A stretch of 63,815 bases of DNA, counting the filler, from Kipferlia bialata (lineage: Eukaryota): the NCBI GenBank assembly GCA_003568945.1. It is 4 parts of 4 records of this genome, joined end to end, with 100 filler letters (N's around TTAATTAATTAA, not from the genome) between each part and the next. Parts side by side here need not be neighbours in the genome. Positions count along the whole stretch, not along the records: positions 33,525 to 50,173 come from BDIP01000587.1; positions 50,274 to 63,815 come from BDIP01000597.1; 2 more parts are not named here. One strand, 5' to 3'. The notes below the pieces were generated by a model. The model searched no databases, had not been told where the DNA came from, and saw only the letters and a program-made list of their open reading frames with translations. This document shows positions 49,482 to 62,143 of the stretch, in pieces (position 1 is the first letter of the stretch; each line of letters opens with the position of its first letter). Made by a program: the position numbers and the translations under genes.

Positions 49482-50135
49482 CTATCCTAGCATCTGTTCG
49501 ACATCCTCATCGGAGAAGAGATCCTCATCCTCCTCTGCCTCTCTGTTCCTCTCCTGTCTCTCTCTCTCCCTCTCCCTCTCTTGCCTCTCTCTCTCCCTGG
49601 TCTGCTTTGTCTGCCTCTCCTTCTCTCTCTCCATCTCTCGCTCCTTCTCCCTCTCAGTGCCCCTCTCCTCTCTCTCCATGGCGGCAGCAGCCTGGAAATA
49701 AGGGAAACTCCATCACTTGTACATTCTGCATACTACACACTCCACAGTACCTGTGGATACATGGCCATGTAGAACTCTTACACACTTTAGATATAGATTA
49801 AACACACATACATATATTCATACCTGTGGGGACATTGCCCCACACGTTCAAGTATCTACCAGCTCCACACTTAGACCTTAGAGAATGCACACTATACTAT
49901 ATATACAGTATGTGCATTACTGATACACATGTACCTGTGGGGACATTGCCACAGGCATTGCCATAAACATACAACATATACTATTATATACATCACCTAT
50001 ATATATGCACTTCTATAGTATTCTACCTATATCTATATCTATATCTATATATAGACATATGCACATGTACCTGTGGGGACATTGCCACAGACATGGCCTT
50101 GGCCGTTGCCCTGTCACCCTCGGTAGTGGCAGCTG
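49482..50135 (-). CDS. 3' part of an ER-rich hypothetical protein (5' truncated by scaffold end)
   Basis: Last exon AAAAMEREERGTERE...EDEDLFSDEDVEQMLG*. An upstream exon ends ...PCLWQCPHR|gt near 50070. Confidence 0.55.
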
Positions 50136-50173
50136 GGGGTGGGGGGGGGGGGGGGGTACGGACGGTTTTATTT

Positions 50174-50273
50174 NNNNNNNNNNNNNNNNNNNNNNNNNNN
50201 NNNNNNNNNNNNNNNNNTTAATTAATTAANNNNNNNNNNNNNNNNNNNNNNNNNNNNNNNNNNNNNNNNNNNN
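50174..50273. other. Artificial scaffold-joining spacer
   Basis: N44-TTAATTAATTAA-N44. Confidence 0.97.
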
Positions 50274-50281
50274 GGGGGGGG

Positions 50282-50327
<46 letters not shown>

Positions 50328-50734
50328 GGGAGAGACTGACACTCACAGTGGTTATGGGAGCAGGTATCCAACATGAGCAGCAGGGAATGGAGGGAGAGGA
50401 ACAATGGAATGACTGGCAAGTATTGGACTGTCACTCTCATTGACTTGATAGTCTCAACATCAATGTATAATGTATACACCCCATGAATATACCTTTCTGT
50501 TCACGAGCACATTCCTCAGCTCCACATGGCCACTCGTCAGAGACACGTTGAGGTCCTGGGGGTCAGGAGGTATGGTGGACACATGAGCATAGAGACGGTC
50601 ATAGGTACTGTTGATAACTCCAATATAGGGCAGTCCCTCTCCCGACAAGCTACAACCCGGCTCACCTTGCCGTCCACCTGCACAAAGTCCCCCAGGACCT
50701 TGGACAGCACACCGGCAATGGCATCCTCATACAT
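50274..50734 (-). CDS. N-terminus of a VPS13/ATG2-family (Chorein_N) lipid-transfer protein, truncated by scaffold end
   Basis: MYEDAIAGVLSKVLGDFVQVDGK|DLNVSLTSGHVELRNVLVNRK matches the Chorein_N pattern M.E......L...LG.(F/Y)V......L.......G.V.L.N..L. Confidence 0.8.
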
Positions 50735-51202
50735 ACTATCAAAGGGTATCTACCCGGCACAAGGTACTAGCCAGTATGAAGGCACCAGTCAGAGCACCAC
50801 ACTGGACACGTCTATACCCCACAGGGTATGACACTAGTGTCTCTTGGGTCTCTGATGAGTGGTGTGGGTGGGTTGGGTATGGGGTACCCGTGGAAGGGTA
50901 GATGAAGAGAGTGATATGAACACCGAGTAGACCACAGTGCACAATCCAATGAACCAATTGATCTTTAACACAGATCAATCGGGGTAGATCTAGATTCTGG
51001 CCTATAATGTCACCGATGTTGAAGTGGCTTAATGATGACTGGGTACTCATTTACCTGCAGAACTGGCACTCAATGCCCGATAACGCAAAGAGAACTGCTT
51101 TAGAATGGCCTTACTTACTACTAATTCACGTTGGCAATGAGAACAAAAAAGGCAATGAGAACAATATCAAACACTACTCCTCATCTATTCATGTCTCTCT
51201 CT

Positions 51203-52479
51203 CTACTTGATCCTCTTGCACTCAATGCGGAACATAAGGGTGGCGTTGGGGGGGATGGTGCCACGGATGCCAAACCTGGGGGGTGAGAGGTAGTAACCTA
51301 TGCCGAAGATCACGTTTCCTATACACATTGAATATTACAACCACATACAACAGCCATATGTATATGTGTATATATATACATATATACCAGGGTGACCCAC
51401 CTTCCGTATGCCAGGGCAGGGGGGATGATGACCTCACGCACCTCGTTCTGGGGTCAGGGGGGAATTAAAGGTGTGTGTCGTGCATAGAGTACTTATAGTG
51501 TGTGAAAATATGTACACCCACCTGTTTCATTCCTATGACACACTCATATATCGATAAATATATATGTATATGTAGCACCCACCTGCTTCATGCCCATGAC
51601 TCCTCTCTCTCTATATATATATATACATATATATACACATGTATTACATTTGTGTATATATATTACACCCATTTGCCTCATGCCCATGACACTTCTCTCT
51701 CACCATATATATTTATATATATATATATATATATATACATAATATACCCACCTGCTTCATGCCCATGACACCTCTCTCGAAGCCTGGGATCATCTCACCA
51801 GAGCCAAGGTTGATCACTATGCGCTGGAGGGTCAGATGGAGATGGAGAAAGAGTGGATGTGATACCGTGAATATTCAACCATGGTACCTTGTTTCTGTCG
51901 AACTCCTTGCCGGTCTCCAGCCTTCCCACATAGCCGATGGTAACCTTGTCGCCTGTCTCACAGACCCTGCCCTGTCCCTCGGCAATCACAGTGATCTCAC
52001 ACTCTGCGGTCAGAGAGAGAGAGGGCGCAAGAAGACGAGAGAGAGAGAAGGTATAATCATATACACACCAAGAGTAAAGAGAATACCTCATCTCACTGGA
52101 ATACTCTCACCCTTCTTATCATTCTCCTTCTACTAAGGCCTTAGGCCTAATAGAGATACACACAGGTAAATCAGCACACATACATTTTGTATCCTATCAC
52201 CACATCACTCACATGCCTTGCTATATCTCTTACTCTTCTCCTCCTCTAGTAATTGACATACACCTACATACCAACACACTTGCAGGATAGTGCATACATA
52301 TACTACCATTACTATCACCACTGACCTGGCTTCCTGTCTCTTTTCTTCTTCTCCTTCTCCTTCTTGCCCTTCTTGGTCTCCTTCTCCCTCTTGGCAGGGG
52401 CGGCCTTGACCTCCTCGGCCTCGGGCTCTCTCTGCCTCTTGGCGGCCTTCTCAGGCTAGATATGAATATGGGTGTTGAC

Positions 52480-52518
<39 letters not shown>

Positions 52519-52785
52519 TGGTACCTTGGCAGTCTCTACGGGGACAGCCTCAACCTCCATGGCCTCAGCCTCCTCTCCCTCCTCCTCCTCCTCCTCGCTC
52601 TCCTCAGTCTCGGGGAAGACTAGCACATCGTCAGCAGAGAGAGTCATGGTCTAGAATTAGAGGCAGAGATATATATAGAGAGAGAGACTAGCACACCATT
52701 GGCAGAGACAGTCATGGTCTAGTATTAGAGGGAGAGAGAGAGAGATACAGAGAGATACTAGCACACCATCGGCAGAGAGTGTCAT
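51203..52785 (-). CDS. FKBP-type peptidyl-prolyl isomerase with acidic/basic N-terminal extension (nuclear Fpr3/4-like layout)
   Basis: EGQGRVCETGDKVTIGYVGRLETGKEFD, LGSGEMIPGFERGVMGMK, VIIPPALAYG and IPPNATLMFRIE; TAG at 51203-51205. Start is at 52647 or 52785 because the start region is triplicated. Confidence 0.9.
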
Positions 52786-53027
52786 GGTCGGGGGTACAGT
52801 TGGGCAGAGAGAGATACAGAGAAAGAGAGAAAGAGAGAGTGTGACTGGGAAACGCTATTGAGTGAGTGGGGATGAGAAGTTCAAAAGCGCTGTACCTCTG
52901 GGAAGGATAGGGATCCATTGACGTGGAACACACAGTCAGAGTCACCAAAGCTAGAGGGTCAGGCACAGATCGAGATACACAGAGAGAGAGAAAGGAATGG
53001 GAAGGCGGGGAGGGGGAGGGGGAGAGA

Positions 53028-53168
53028 CTAAAGGCTACAGAACAGACTATCGTACACTGTGAATATGATGTCGAGTGTGTCCTCGCTGCTGGACCCGTTT
53101 CTGTACACTGTGTCGAGCTCGTGGACAGAGGGCATGGAAGTGGCAGAGGCACACACAGAGCCTAGGGT

Positions 53169-53218
<50 letters not shown>

Positions 53219-53853
53219 GGAACATCATATATGGATTCGATACACCACGTACCCAGTCCCAGCACCAGCATTGACATGGTCAGAATGGATGGAGACCTGT
53301 TGAAGAAGAGGATGACCAGGATGCCATAGGAGATGGGGAAGAAGACTGTGCCAAAGGAGAGACGCCTGGGGGTGGGGAGGGGGGGGGGGGGCACAGTACT
53401 CAGTGTACAGTATGAATATTCATAGTGATACAGTAGGAACACTACTATATACTCATATACCTGACTCCGTGCATGGCCTGCACCCCATTGGTAGTGAGTG
53501 CTATCATGTTGAGCATGGTGAAGATCAGGGCCAGGACCAGCAGAGACCCCATGTCCCTGGGGGTAAGAATGACCAGAGGTAATGATAGAGTCAATACAAA
53601 CACACACCTGAGTATGTATGGTGCTATTGACACCAGCAGAGCCACCAGCACATGGATGATCTGCCTGGATGCATCCTCCGTCAGACACAGCCTCTTCATC
53701 ACAAGGCTCACAAGGCCAACAATGCCTGGGGGTCAGGGGGGGAGAGACATATACAACAATGCATAGAGACACCCAGCCTGTACACCACTACCCAACCCAC
53801 CCACCTAGGATGATCATGACACATGCCCCTACTTGTAGCACAGGGGACAGCAT
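53028..53853 (-). CDS. Phytol/dolichol kinase-like (CTP-dependent polyprenol kinase family) membrane protein, apparently C-terminally incomplete
   Basis: MLSPVLQVGACVMIIL|GIVGLVSLVMKRLCLTEDASRQIIHVLVALL...|RLSFGTVFFPISYGILVILFF...MLVLGLG resembles the RKxxH and SxG..(F/Y)FP..LxLGxGD pattern. The GD and KSxEG signature region is missing. Confidence 0.55.
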
Positions 53854-54918
53854 GCCTCACACGTCAGGCAGACACTATCCCACAACCGGAAGAGATGATC
53901 CGCAAAGCTGACTCCATCTGTGTCCTTTCCTGGAAATATGTTTTAGGCCCCAAAGGTCTATAGGCCTTGGCCTAAGTATTACCAATAAGCTTACCTCGTG
54001 ACGAGGTCCTCGTCCAATTTACCACCAAGGTATCCGACACACCTATTTTTCAACCTTAAATCGAGGAAGGTACAGGGTACACTCCCCGGGATACTGATGT
54101 ATACATGCCACCCTCATTGGGCTGGAAATACCCGTCTCACTCTCCCATTGTCTCTCATCAAATTCCAACGCCCTCTGTACCCATACTATACCCTCTCTTT
54201 ACCCCTGTTTCAGTCTTTCCCCCGTGCGACACATGCCCTCTGTCCTTACCAGTAATACGCCTGCCTCTGTCCCCCCGCAGCCTCTGGCCTCACTCCAGGT
54301 TGAAGCCCAATTCACCCTGTTCCCTGCATTCATAGATTTAGGTACACACATCCATACTCAGTGTTACAGACGTGCCCTCTTTCCCGCTAGTGAGCTGACA
54401 CTCTCCTATCATCTCTGCCGTACTCCACTCCCCTCCAGTGCGATGCATACCTCTCTCCTCCCCCAACACATACCACCCTCCAGACCATTACTGGTTGCAG
54501 AGTACATCTCCTACTCTCGCCCTGGCATACACTGCTACAGCTGTCCAGCCACCATTAAAACCGAAGGTTCGTTCTTCCTTCTCAGGGCTCTCTCTTTATG
54601 TTCATATATCGGCCTAAGTTCCGGCTCCTCTGCGCTATACTCTCAGTATTGTGTTCACTCCACAATCATTATTCCAGTGATTGTACCGTGTCGTCTACAC
54701 TCCGCTCCCATTATACATAGGTGTATAGTATATACTATAATATACCGTATATCCTAGCGCTGCAATGCATGTCCACTTTATACACACCCTTCCACCCCTT
54801 ATCTCATTGGGTGGTCTATACACTTGGGCACCTGGCATGGTATGAGGTCTTTCATCTTCCTCTGGGCGGTCTTGACTCACTACCAGTCCCGTATCACTCC
54901 TATTTTTAAACGTCAGCT

Positions 54919-56193
54919 ATGTCAGCCATCATGTCTGGACAGAATATGATATATATGACCCGACCACCCTTACTAACACATAGGCATATGTCTCGAATAC
55001 TAGACCATATGAGTGAAGAATTAGGGGAAGACTGGGTAATTCCAACCTTGGTATTGCCCATAACAGCGTTCCTCGTCCTATTCGTTTTCATTGAGTGTGT
55101 AAGACATACACCGTACTTCCCATTTCCTGAGTCGACGACACAGGTCGATTATTCAGCGAAGGAGGCTGGCATTCGTGGGACCCCACTGTGTGAGAGTGAC
55201 TGGACTACCCATTCCAGAGTCCGTATGCAGCACTGCATCTTGGAGTGTCCCTGGGCTGGTCTACACACTGACATTGTCTACATTGGCCCACTTGACTCAG
55301 GTGGTGGCATTCCTGACTGCTTTCATCCCACAGAGAAGTATGAAGCACTGGTGATATCGACTTGGAGGGACAGCATAACCTGTAGAGTTGTGAGAGTCGA
55401 GCCAGTCACAAGAGAGGTGATTGTAGGAGATGAGATGGAGACACCTCTTTCCTCATATATGGGGGGTATGACTATTACTCGTGTAGGCGACGTAGTTATC
55501 CTCTTTGGCGGCGAATGCCCTGTTGGACCATGGGACGGGCCGTGATCGGCAGAGACTCGACACCTGGACACCCTCTTCTCCTTTGACATTCCCACTAGGG
55601 AGTGGCAGGCCATAGAGCGCAAGGGTGATTGGCCTTGCCAAAGATCATTCAGTGACTCATTTGCAATAGGGGGGAAGGTCCACGTGTTATACGGGCTGGT
55701 GTCCAATGTCTTAACTGGAGGAGTCCAGTCAGTGTATGACCACTGGGTGTATACACCTACCACACAGGACTGGCAGAGGATCAGCAACACACCATTCAGA
55801 TTTCCCAATGGCGGGGTAGTTATTAGGGACGTGTACCACTTGGTAGCTAGCACGAAGACTGAACATGGAGAGGAGAGATATGAGTGGCTTTGGACCTTCA
55901 CGGAGGGCGTTGGGTGGGAGAGGTGCCGGGAGCCTCTCAGGGAAGATATGGTACCTTCCCTTGGCCACACACTCCGTCTGAGAGGTACTGACCTGTGTCA
56001 CCCGGGTGATGTTGGAGTGGTGCACCTCTTTGACACTGTGAGTGAGACCTGGAGGGAGTCAGTTGCAGAGCAGGGCAACCCCACCGATAGGATTATGGTG
56101 AAGACAATGGTGGCCCCTTGCACCTCTCTCTCTCTGCAATACTCAGGTGATGGGGTAGAGAGCTCTACAGAGTGGAAGGAGTACGAGTGTTAG
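54919..56193 (+). pseudogene. Intronless kelch-like gene interrupted by an in-frame TGA (55543-55545)
   Basis: ORFs 54919-55545 and 55684-56193 share a frame. Reading through gives RVGDVVILFGG..*..LFSFDIPTREW..DWPCQRS..AIGGKVHVLYG..YTPTTQDW. Confidence 0.7.
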
Positions 56194-56517
56194 ACTGGAG
56201 GCGGATAGAGCTAGTGAATGTGAATGTAGAGGATCACACAAAAGGGTACTATTCTCTCTTGTCATGCTGGGCAGTCTCTGCCTACAAAAGCTGGAGGAGG
56301 TATACATATTTCCTCCTATATTGATGACTTTCAGTTCTACCTGGGGAAACACATATGGAAACCCAGGAACCACAAATCTAGAGGTGGCACTTCTTATTGC
56401 CATCAGCCTCAGATGGTAGTCACCCATAGAAGTGTGCCACTGAAATCAGAGGAAATATATTATATATTATATATACAATGTAATGGTTTCCGAATAATTC
56501 AATAGAACAAGAATCCA

Positions 56518-59500
56518 TTCTATTCGTGGATAGACCTGGACTCCGACTCTACCCACGTCTCGAGCACCGATGTGGTCGCGTACTGTGTTTCTGCCCAAGA
56601 CTCAGGCAGTATCCCAGGTAATGACTTGGACCATATCTGTGCCGAACACCCCAGCGGTCCCTTCGGATCCACAGAGTGCTCTGTATGTGGCCGTATCAAC
56701 TAATCTGTGTCCACACACGGTTCGACAGAGAGTAATCCGACTCCACCGTAACACGTACCACCACCGCTTAGGTTCGCAATTAGGTGACACCATGGGCACA
56801 CACAGTGTGTACCTCCCCTATCCCCATACTAGCGGAACACACTCACTCAAGAAGCACCAACTAGGACACGACTCTCTCCATATGATACTGGTAGTGCAGT
56901 ATATCGGCAGGAACTACAATCCGTGACCTAACTTGGTTCGCATACACCTCCACCGACCCTCCCTCCCCTCTATCCCACTGCAGAGGGTCAGTCAACGTCT
57001 TGGTCTACATACATGTCCATCAAGTGAATCTCACCCTGGTTAGACCAGCACACACCGGTATCAGGGGAGCACATGCAGAAGAGGCCACCTATAGGGTCAG
57101 TACACAAAAATACACTATGCTATACTATATATAATACACACTACAATGTCATACTACATATATACACCAGTGTCAGGTGAGCACATGCATAAGAGGCCAC
57201 AGCGTGATGAATACTTACGAATACACATACACATATCTATATCACTTGGGTCGGGGTTTGATCACATTCATAGAATACCCCTACAGATCTCTTGACACTC
57301 TTTGCTGGAAGGATTCATGAAGCAAATATCGTATATATACTCACGTGAGAGACGGCCTGGGGTTTCACACGAGAAGTCACTGAGCCAATCCATGGATACT
57401 GTGTCAAGCACAGAGACCTGGTGGATGAGTGATGTCAGGCCCGGATATACTGTAGGTAATCCTGGTATAATGGTGAAGCCCAACCTACATATACTCTTGC
57501 TGAGTACTATTTGTGGAGCGATCTAGTTAGCACCACAGTCTCGATACCGCTGCTCATGGCCAAATATGATACACATGTCTATGTAGTATACCCAAGTAAA
57601 TACCGAAATGTATGTGGGCATATACCTTTCTCTGCAGGTACTTGCCCCCAGTGACGAATACGTATCGGCCTGTTCTACTGGGGGTGGAGAGAGAAAGAGA
57701 GAGAGGGAGAGACACACAGAGAGAGAGAGGCCTGGTCTCTTGTGGGGAGTAGGGAAGGACAATTATCGTTAAATTAGCTAGAGCAGTGAAAGATGTACAC
57801 ACATCTGATTACAGCAAAAAGCAATGAGATGCCAAACGTACTCATATATGTATATATGTACCTAGCCACCGAGCAATAACTAGTCCTCTCATGTGATCCA
57901 AGGGACACAAACCCACCATCGAGGGAGAATGTATATGCTGCCGATCTGGGTGTGTATGAGTCATAGTCTGAGTCCTCACCCCCACAACCTGGTATGGGCG
58001 TGTATGGGGAATATGTTACAACTTGACACCACTGTACTTAGTGCTAGTGTCCCAATCTGTATTGATGGTCATCATTGATGATGGTCAGAGTCATCAACCC
58101 CACATCATAAACACAATGGCACTAGTACACACAGTTACACATAATGCTATACTAAAGAGTCCTACCCAACATCATGACTGTCTCTCCATCTCCCATGGGC
58201 ACTGTACATCCACTGGTCAGATTGGCAGGGCAGTTCGGTAGCCTGGACGGTAAGTGTGAGACATTTGGTACACATATCTGTGTGTATATACATGTATATC
58301 ACCGCTTAGTCACCTAGTCCATGCATCAGTGTCTGGGTCATATGCCCAGCAGTCCCTGAGGTGTCTGGGGTGAGGAGAGGGGGGGAGAGATGGAGAGAGT
58401 ATGGTTCGCTTTGTACAGTAGCGTGGCAGTGCCAAAGTATAGGCAAGTGTGCTGTAGTGACACACTAAAACCCCTTACTGATACAATGACACACCTGCTC
58501 CCCCCTATACATACTCTAACACAGTCACTGATGTACATGATACACTGTGTCCCAATTGAGAAGTAGTATCTAGTACATATATGTTATATGTACCTGCTCC
58601 CTATCCATGTCCCCACCCACCCCCCTGTGATCACTAGCCTGTCACCCACACACATGGCTAGGTGGTGGGTCCTGGGGTAAGACGGGAGAACATGATGACG
58701 TATACACATAAGTACTCGCATTCTTCACCTCTCACCAGGCCACTCTCTTCTAATTAGGCGTCCGAATGCACTCTGGGCAGGTTTAGTCACCTAGACGTCA
58801 GGAGAGGTATAACCAGAGTGTCGAGGGACAGCATCAGTATCCATATTTTACACACCTATAATCTAACTAAAACAACATTAGAGTATATATGTATCCCACC
58901 TGTCTCCACTTGAGTGTGTCCAGGGACAGTACCCACAGGTCAGACCCATACTCTGGGGTTAGGATACACCAGAATTGTGCATATACATACATATATATAT
59001 ATATATACATATAGTCAGAGAGCTACCGGTGTGTACAGTACACCCAGGTCACGGATACATATTTCGGATATTGTCAAATACACATATATTCTGGCCTTGG
59101 AACTTGTCTGATGATATCAATCCAAACAGACACACACACACATGTGAGCCCCCCAGTCTAATACAACGTATATGCATGCATCATGGTGTGAATCTTCACC
59201 ATATGATACTGCACCACACACAGACTTGATCCGTCTTACTACATCTCTGTCACATAACATATGGGGGTAACCCAGAGACTCTGTATCATACACAACCCAA
59301 CCCACCACTTGATATTGCACCGAATACACACACGTGTGAACCGACTCTGGTGTATGTTGGGCTCTGCATGTTGGGAGGGAGGGGACAGGGGAAGGACTGG
59401 GGTGAGCTGTACAACAGTACGTATATATATATGTATAGGTATGTATACAATAGTAGTGTATGCATGTTGGGGGGGAGGGGACAGGGGAATCACTGGGGTG

Positions 59501-60127
59501 GGTAACTATATTGGAGGGCAACCGAAGAGAGAGAGCGACAGACACAGAGAGACAGGTGTATATTGGTATATGTGGGGGAGGGTATATCGGAAATACTGGG
59601 GAGAGAGAAGGGGGGGGGGGGTTAACATCCACTGGCCAGTACTCCATGTGTAGTACCTCCTCGATATCGACTGAGTCCTGTCCCACCAGACACACCCAGC
59701 ACTGCAGGGTGTCTAGTGGACTCTGGTCACTGGCAGGGTGGAAGGTGAGGCACAGGACCCGGTTGTTGCCTATCATTGAGATGAGAGAGCCACATAGTGT
59801 ACCATGCATAGAGAGAGAGAATGGAATATCATGTACCACACACAGCTGTTGCTTGATGATGGGGAGTAGTGGAGGAAAGAGAAGTAGGGGACTAAAATAC
59901 TATGGGGCGGGAAGGGGGGGGGGGGATATGGTTACCATCAACGTACCTATGGGCACCACACATCTGACGTCGTACGGGGAGCCACGTGTGAAGAGGTTAA
60001 CTGACCGTAACAGGTCTAACTCCCCCTCCATCTTCCCATCCCTCTTCTGCTGTTGGTCCCTCCTCTCCTTGAAAGGGTCGTCCACCAGCCGGAATGACAG
60101 GCAGAGAGAGGTGCCACACTCACCCAT
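56518..60127 (-). CDS. Multi-exon kelch-like protein (model approximate; may be two genes)
   Basis: Exons MGECGTSLCLSFRLV..., IGNNRVLCLTFHP..., HHLAMCVGDRLVITGG (~58670-58600) and QVSVLDTVSMDW...ICFMNPS (~57480-57300). Confidence 0.5.
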
Positions 60128-61496
60128 GTCACACAGTACCCCTCTGATGCCCAGAAGGAATAGAGGAACTAAGCAAGAGTAGTCGATCTATCTGTGCACT
60201 GGAACAAACCCTTTAGAGCAAGTCATTCAAAAACTCTTATTACGCGTTGAAAACCTTGTGTAGATCTATATTACAAATACAGTAAAAAGGACGCATCAGA
60301 CATGTTATTTTACTCACACCCGGCGGCAAAGCCGGTTTCCGCAATACTTTCTTGTAAAGCGCTTCGTGGTTGGATTAGTCTCATCATTGGAAGCATTCGA
60401 ACTCGCGCTAGCCACTTACCAAGCCGTAAGTGTCTGTCCCAAGCCAAATTATCGTCACTCTGAAAAAAACACTCGCGGAGGAGTGGATTTATACATCGTT
60501 AGTAGGGTTGTGGTGGTGTCACAACAGCAAACCAGACCTGTACCGAGTGTGTATTGGTGCCAAAAACGTTACACCCCAATAGAAGAAAGGGTGCAGTAAT
60601 TGTTGTGACGGCGCAGAGGGGACGGTACAAGAGCGTCTATCTACGAGCACGTCTGCGGGGCGTGTCAATATACTGGTCACAGGGTGCAGGACACACACAC
60701 AGCCCTCTGGAAGTGGAGGGCACCGACCCACACCCACGAGTGCCTGCAAATCACCCCATACCAGGCGCTAGGGAGTACATCAATACACTGCGTGTTACAT
60801 GATGCCGGACCCACTACCTGTTGAGAAGGTGAGGGTCTCCCCCATATCCTTCTCCTGCGAGAGAGAGACAGAGAGAGTGTCCAGGGAGAGGAGTGTGTCT
60901 CGGAGGGTGAGGAGAGAGACACAGTCTTGCAGACATGAGCCATATACACGACACATCGTACACACCCACCCCTAGTCCCCCCACCCTGGCTGTGGGTTGA
61001 ACTCCAGTTCAACCAGGTCCCACTGACACCCCTCAGGGTCAGGCGAGGGTGTGCGTGCGAACCTGTGGTGGTGCTCCACCGACCCCATACACACTCTCTC
61101 CCACTCAGCCTCAGACCCAGCACACTGACTCAGAAGGTTGACGTGGTATAGTGTGGCGAGGCCTAGCTGGGGGGTCCAGCTTGGGTAAGTATGGTGAGGT
61201 ATATCTGAGTATAGTACATGATAGTATAGAGAAGTACTCAACTGTCTCCAGATGTGAATCGGGTCCACAGTAGAGTCAATTGGACCCTGCGATAAATAGC
61301 ACTAGCTTGTCTCTCAGCCTGTCACCCACCTGTTCTCCACCGTGTCATAGAGTCTGTACCCACTGTCCCTTCGGAACATATCTCCATCTGGCACCACAAT
61401 GTACCTAGGGTAAGGACAGAGCACGAGAGAGATACACCGACAGTTATTCTATATATATAAATATATACAAATGCATAGTATTGCCTCCCGTGCACT

Positions 61497-62143
61497 AGAG
61501 AGTAGCTCTTCTCTTTGGCAGGGCTACGGTGTATCGACACCCGACAAGGGATAACCAGGGGGCGGTGTTCCTCGAAATGCCGAGCGGTCACTGCGAAGTG
61601 TCCCATCCCCTCTTCCAGCTCCTGAAGAGGACTGGTTTCCACGTCAACGGCATCAAGAACATACCCGACTGGCTCCTGTCTATTTCTGTCGAGTCCAAGA
61701 GGCACTTTGTCGCCGGATGCATAGAGTCTGACGGAACCATTGAGCCCCCCGAGGGCCAGCACCGCACAACTAGTGGGAAATTCGCTAATACTAACTACCA
61801 GTTCGTGATTCCCTTCAGGCGCATTGCGGCTAGTCTTGGATACGGTGTACGTACGACTCTACATGTTCCCAAGAGTGAGAAGAGCAGTCCCGTTTACAAG
61901 GTTGGCATCACCCATCGTACCCTGTTGGGGGAGCTTCAAGACATCTGGAGGCTCCACCACAAGAATGAGGTAATAACTCTCCCTAGTCAGAAGGCAAACT
62001 CTCTATTGAGTGAGGGTGTAAGCGTTCTCCCCCTTGAGGGTCTCCGCCAGGGTCGGTCATTCACTTTCCTTGAGAGAGGTGACCCATACTTCGTCACACC
62101 TATGGGCTATGTGATGAAGGCGATGGAGGTAGAATAGATTTAT
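61497..62143 (+). mobile_element. 647-bp insertion flanked by a 6-bp direct repeat TGCACT (61491-61496 and 62144-62149)
   Basis: Removing the insert and one TGCACT restores the antisense kelch reading frame. The insert lacks microsatellites and introns. Confidence 0.8.
61499..62137 (+). CDS. 5'-truncated intein-type (DOD) LAGLIDADG homing endonuclease with degenerate Hint C-terminal blocks
   Basis: KNIPDWLLSISVESKRHFVAGCIESDGTI (block D/E), FANTNYQFVIPFRRIAASLG (block H) and GDPYFVTPMGYVMKAMEVE* (block F/G-like, no His-Asn). The frame is open from the insert boundary. Confidence 0.8.
   Translation, partial: RVALLFGRATVYRHPTRDNQGAVFLEMPSGHCEVSHPLFQLLKRTGFHVNGIKNIPDWLLSISVESKRHFVAGCIESDGTIEPPEGQHRTTSGKFANTNYQFVIPFRRIAASLGYGVRTTLHVPKSEKSSPVYKVGITHRTLLGELQDIWRLHHKNEVITLPSQKANSLLSEGVSVLPLEGLRQGRSFTFLERGDPYFVTPMGYVMKAMEVE

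Noticed and set aside
61497..62143. Functional intein or intact Polinton
   Set aside because: No N-terminal Hint block, no terminal Asn and no extein. Although it starts AGAGAG with a 6-bp duplication, there are no terminal inverted repeats, integrase or polB.
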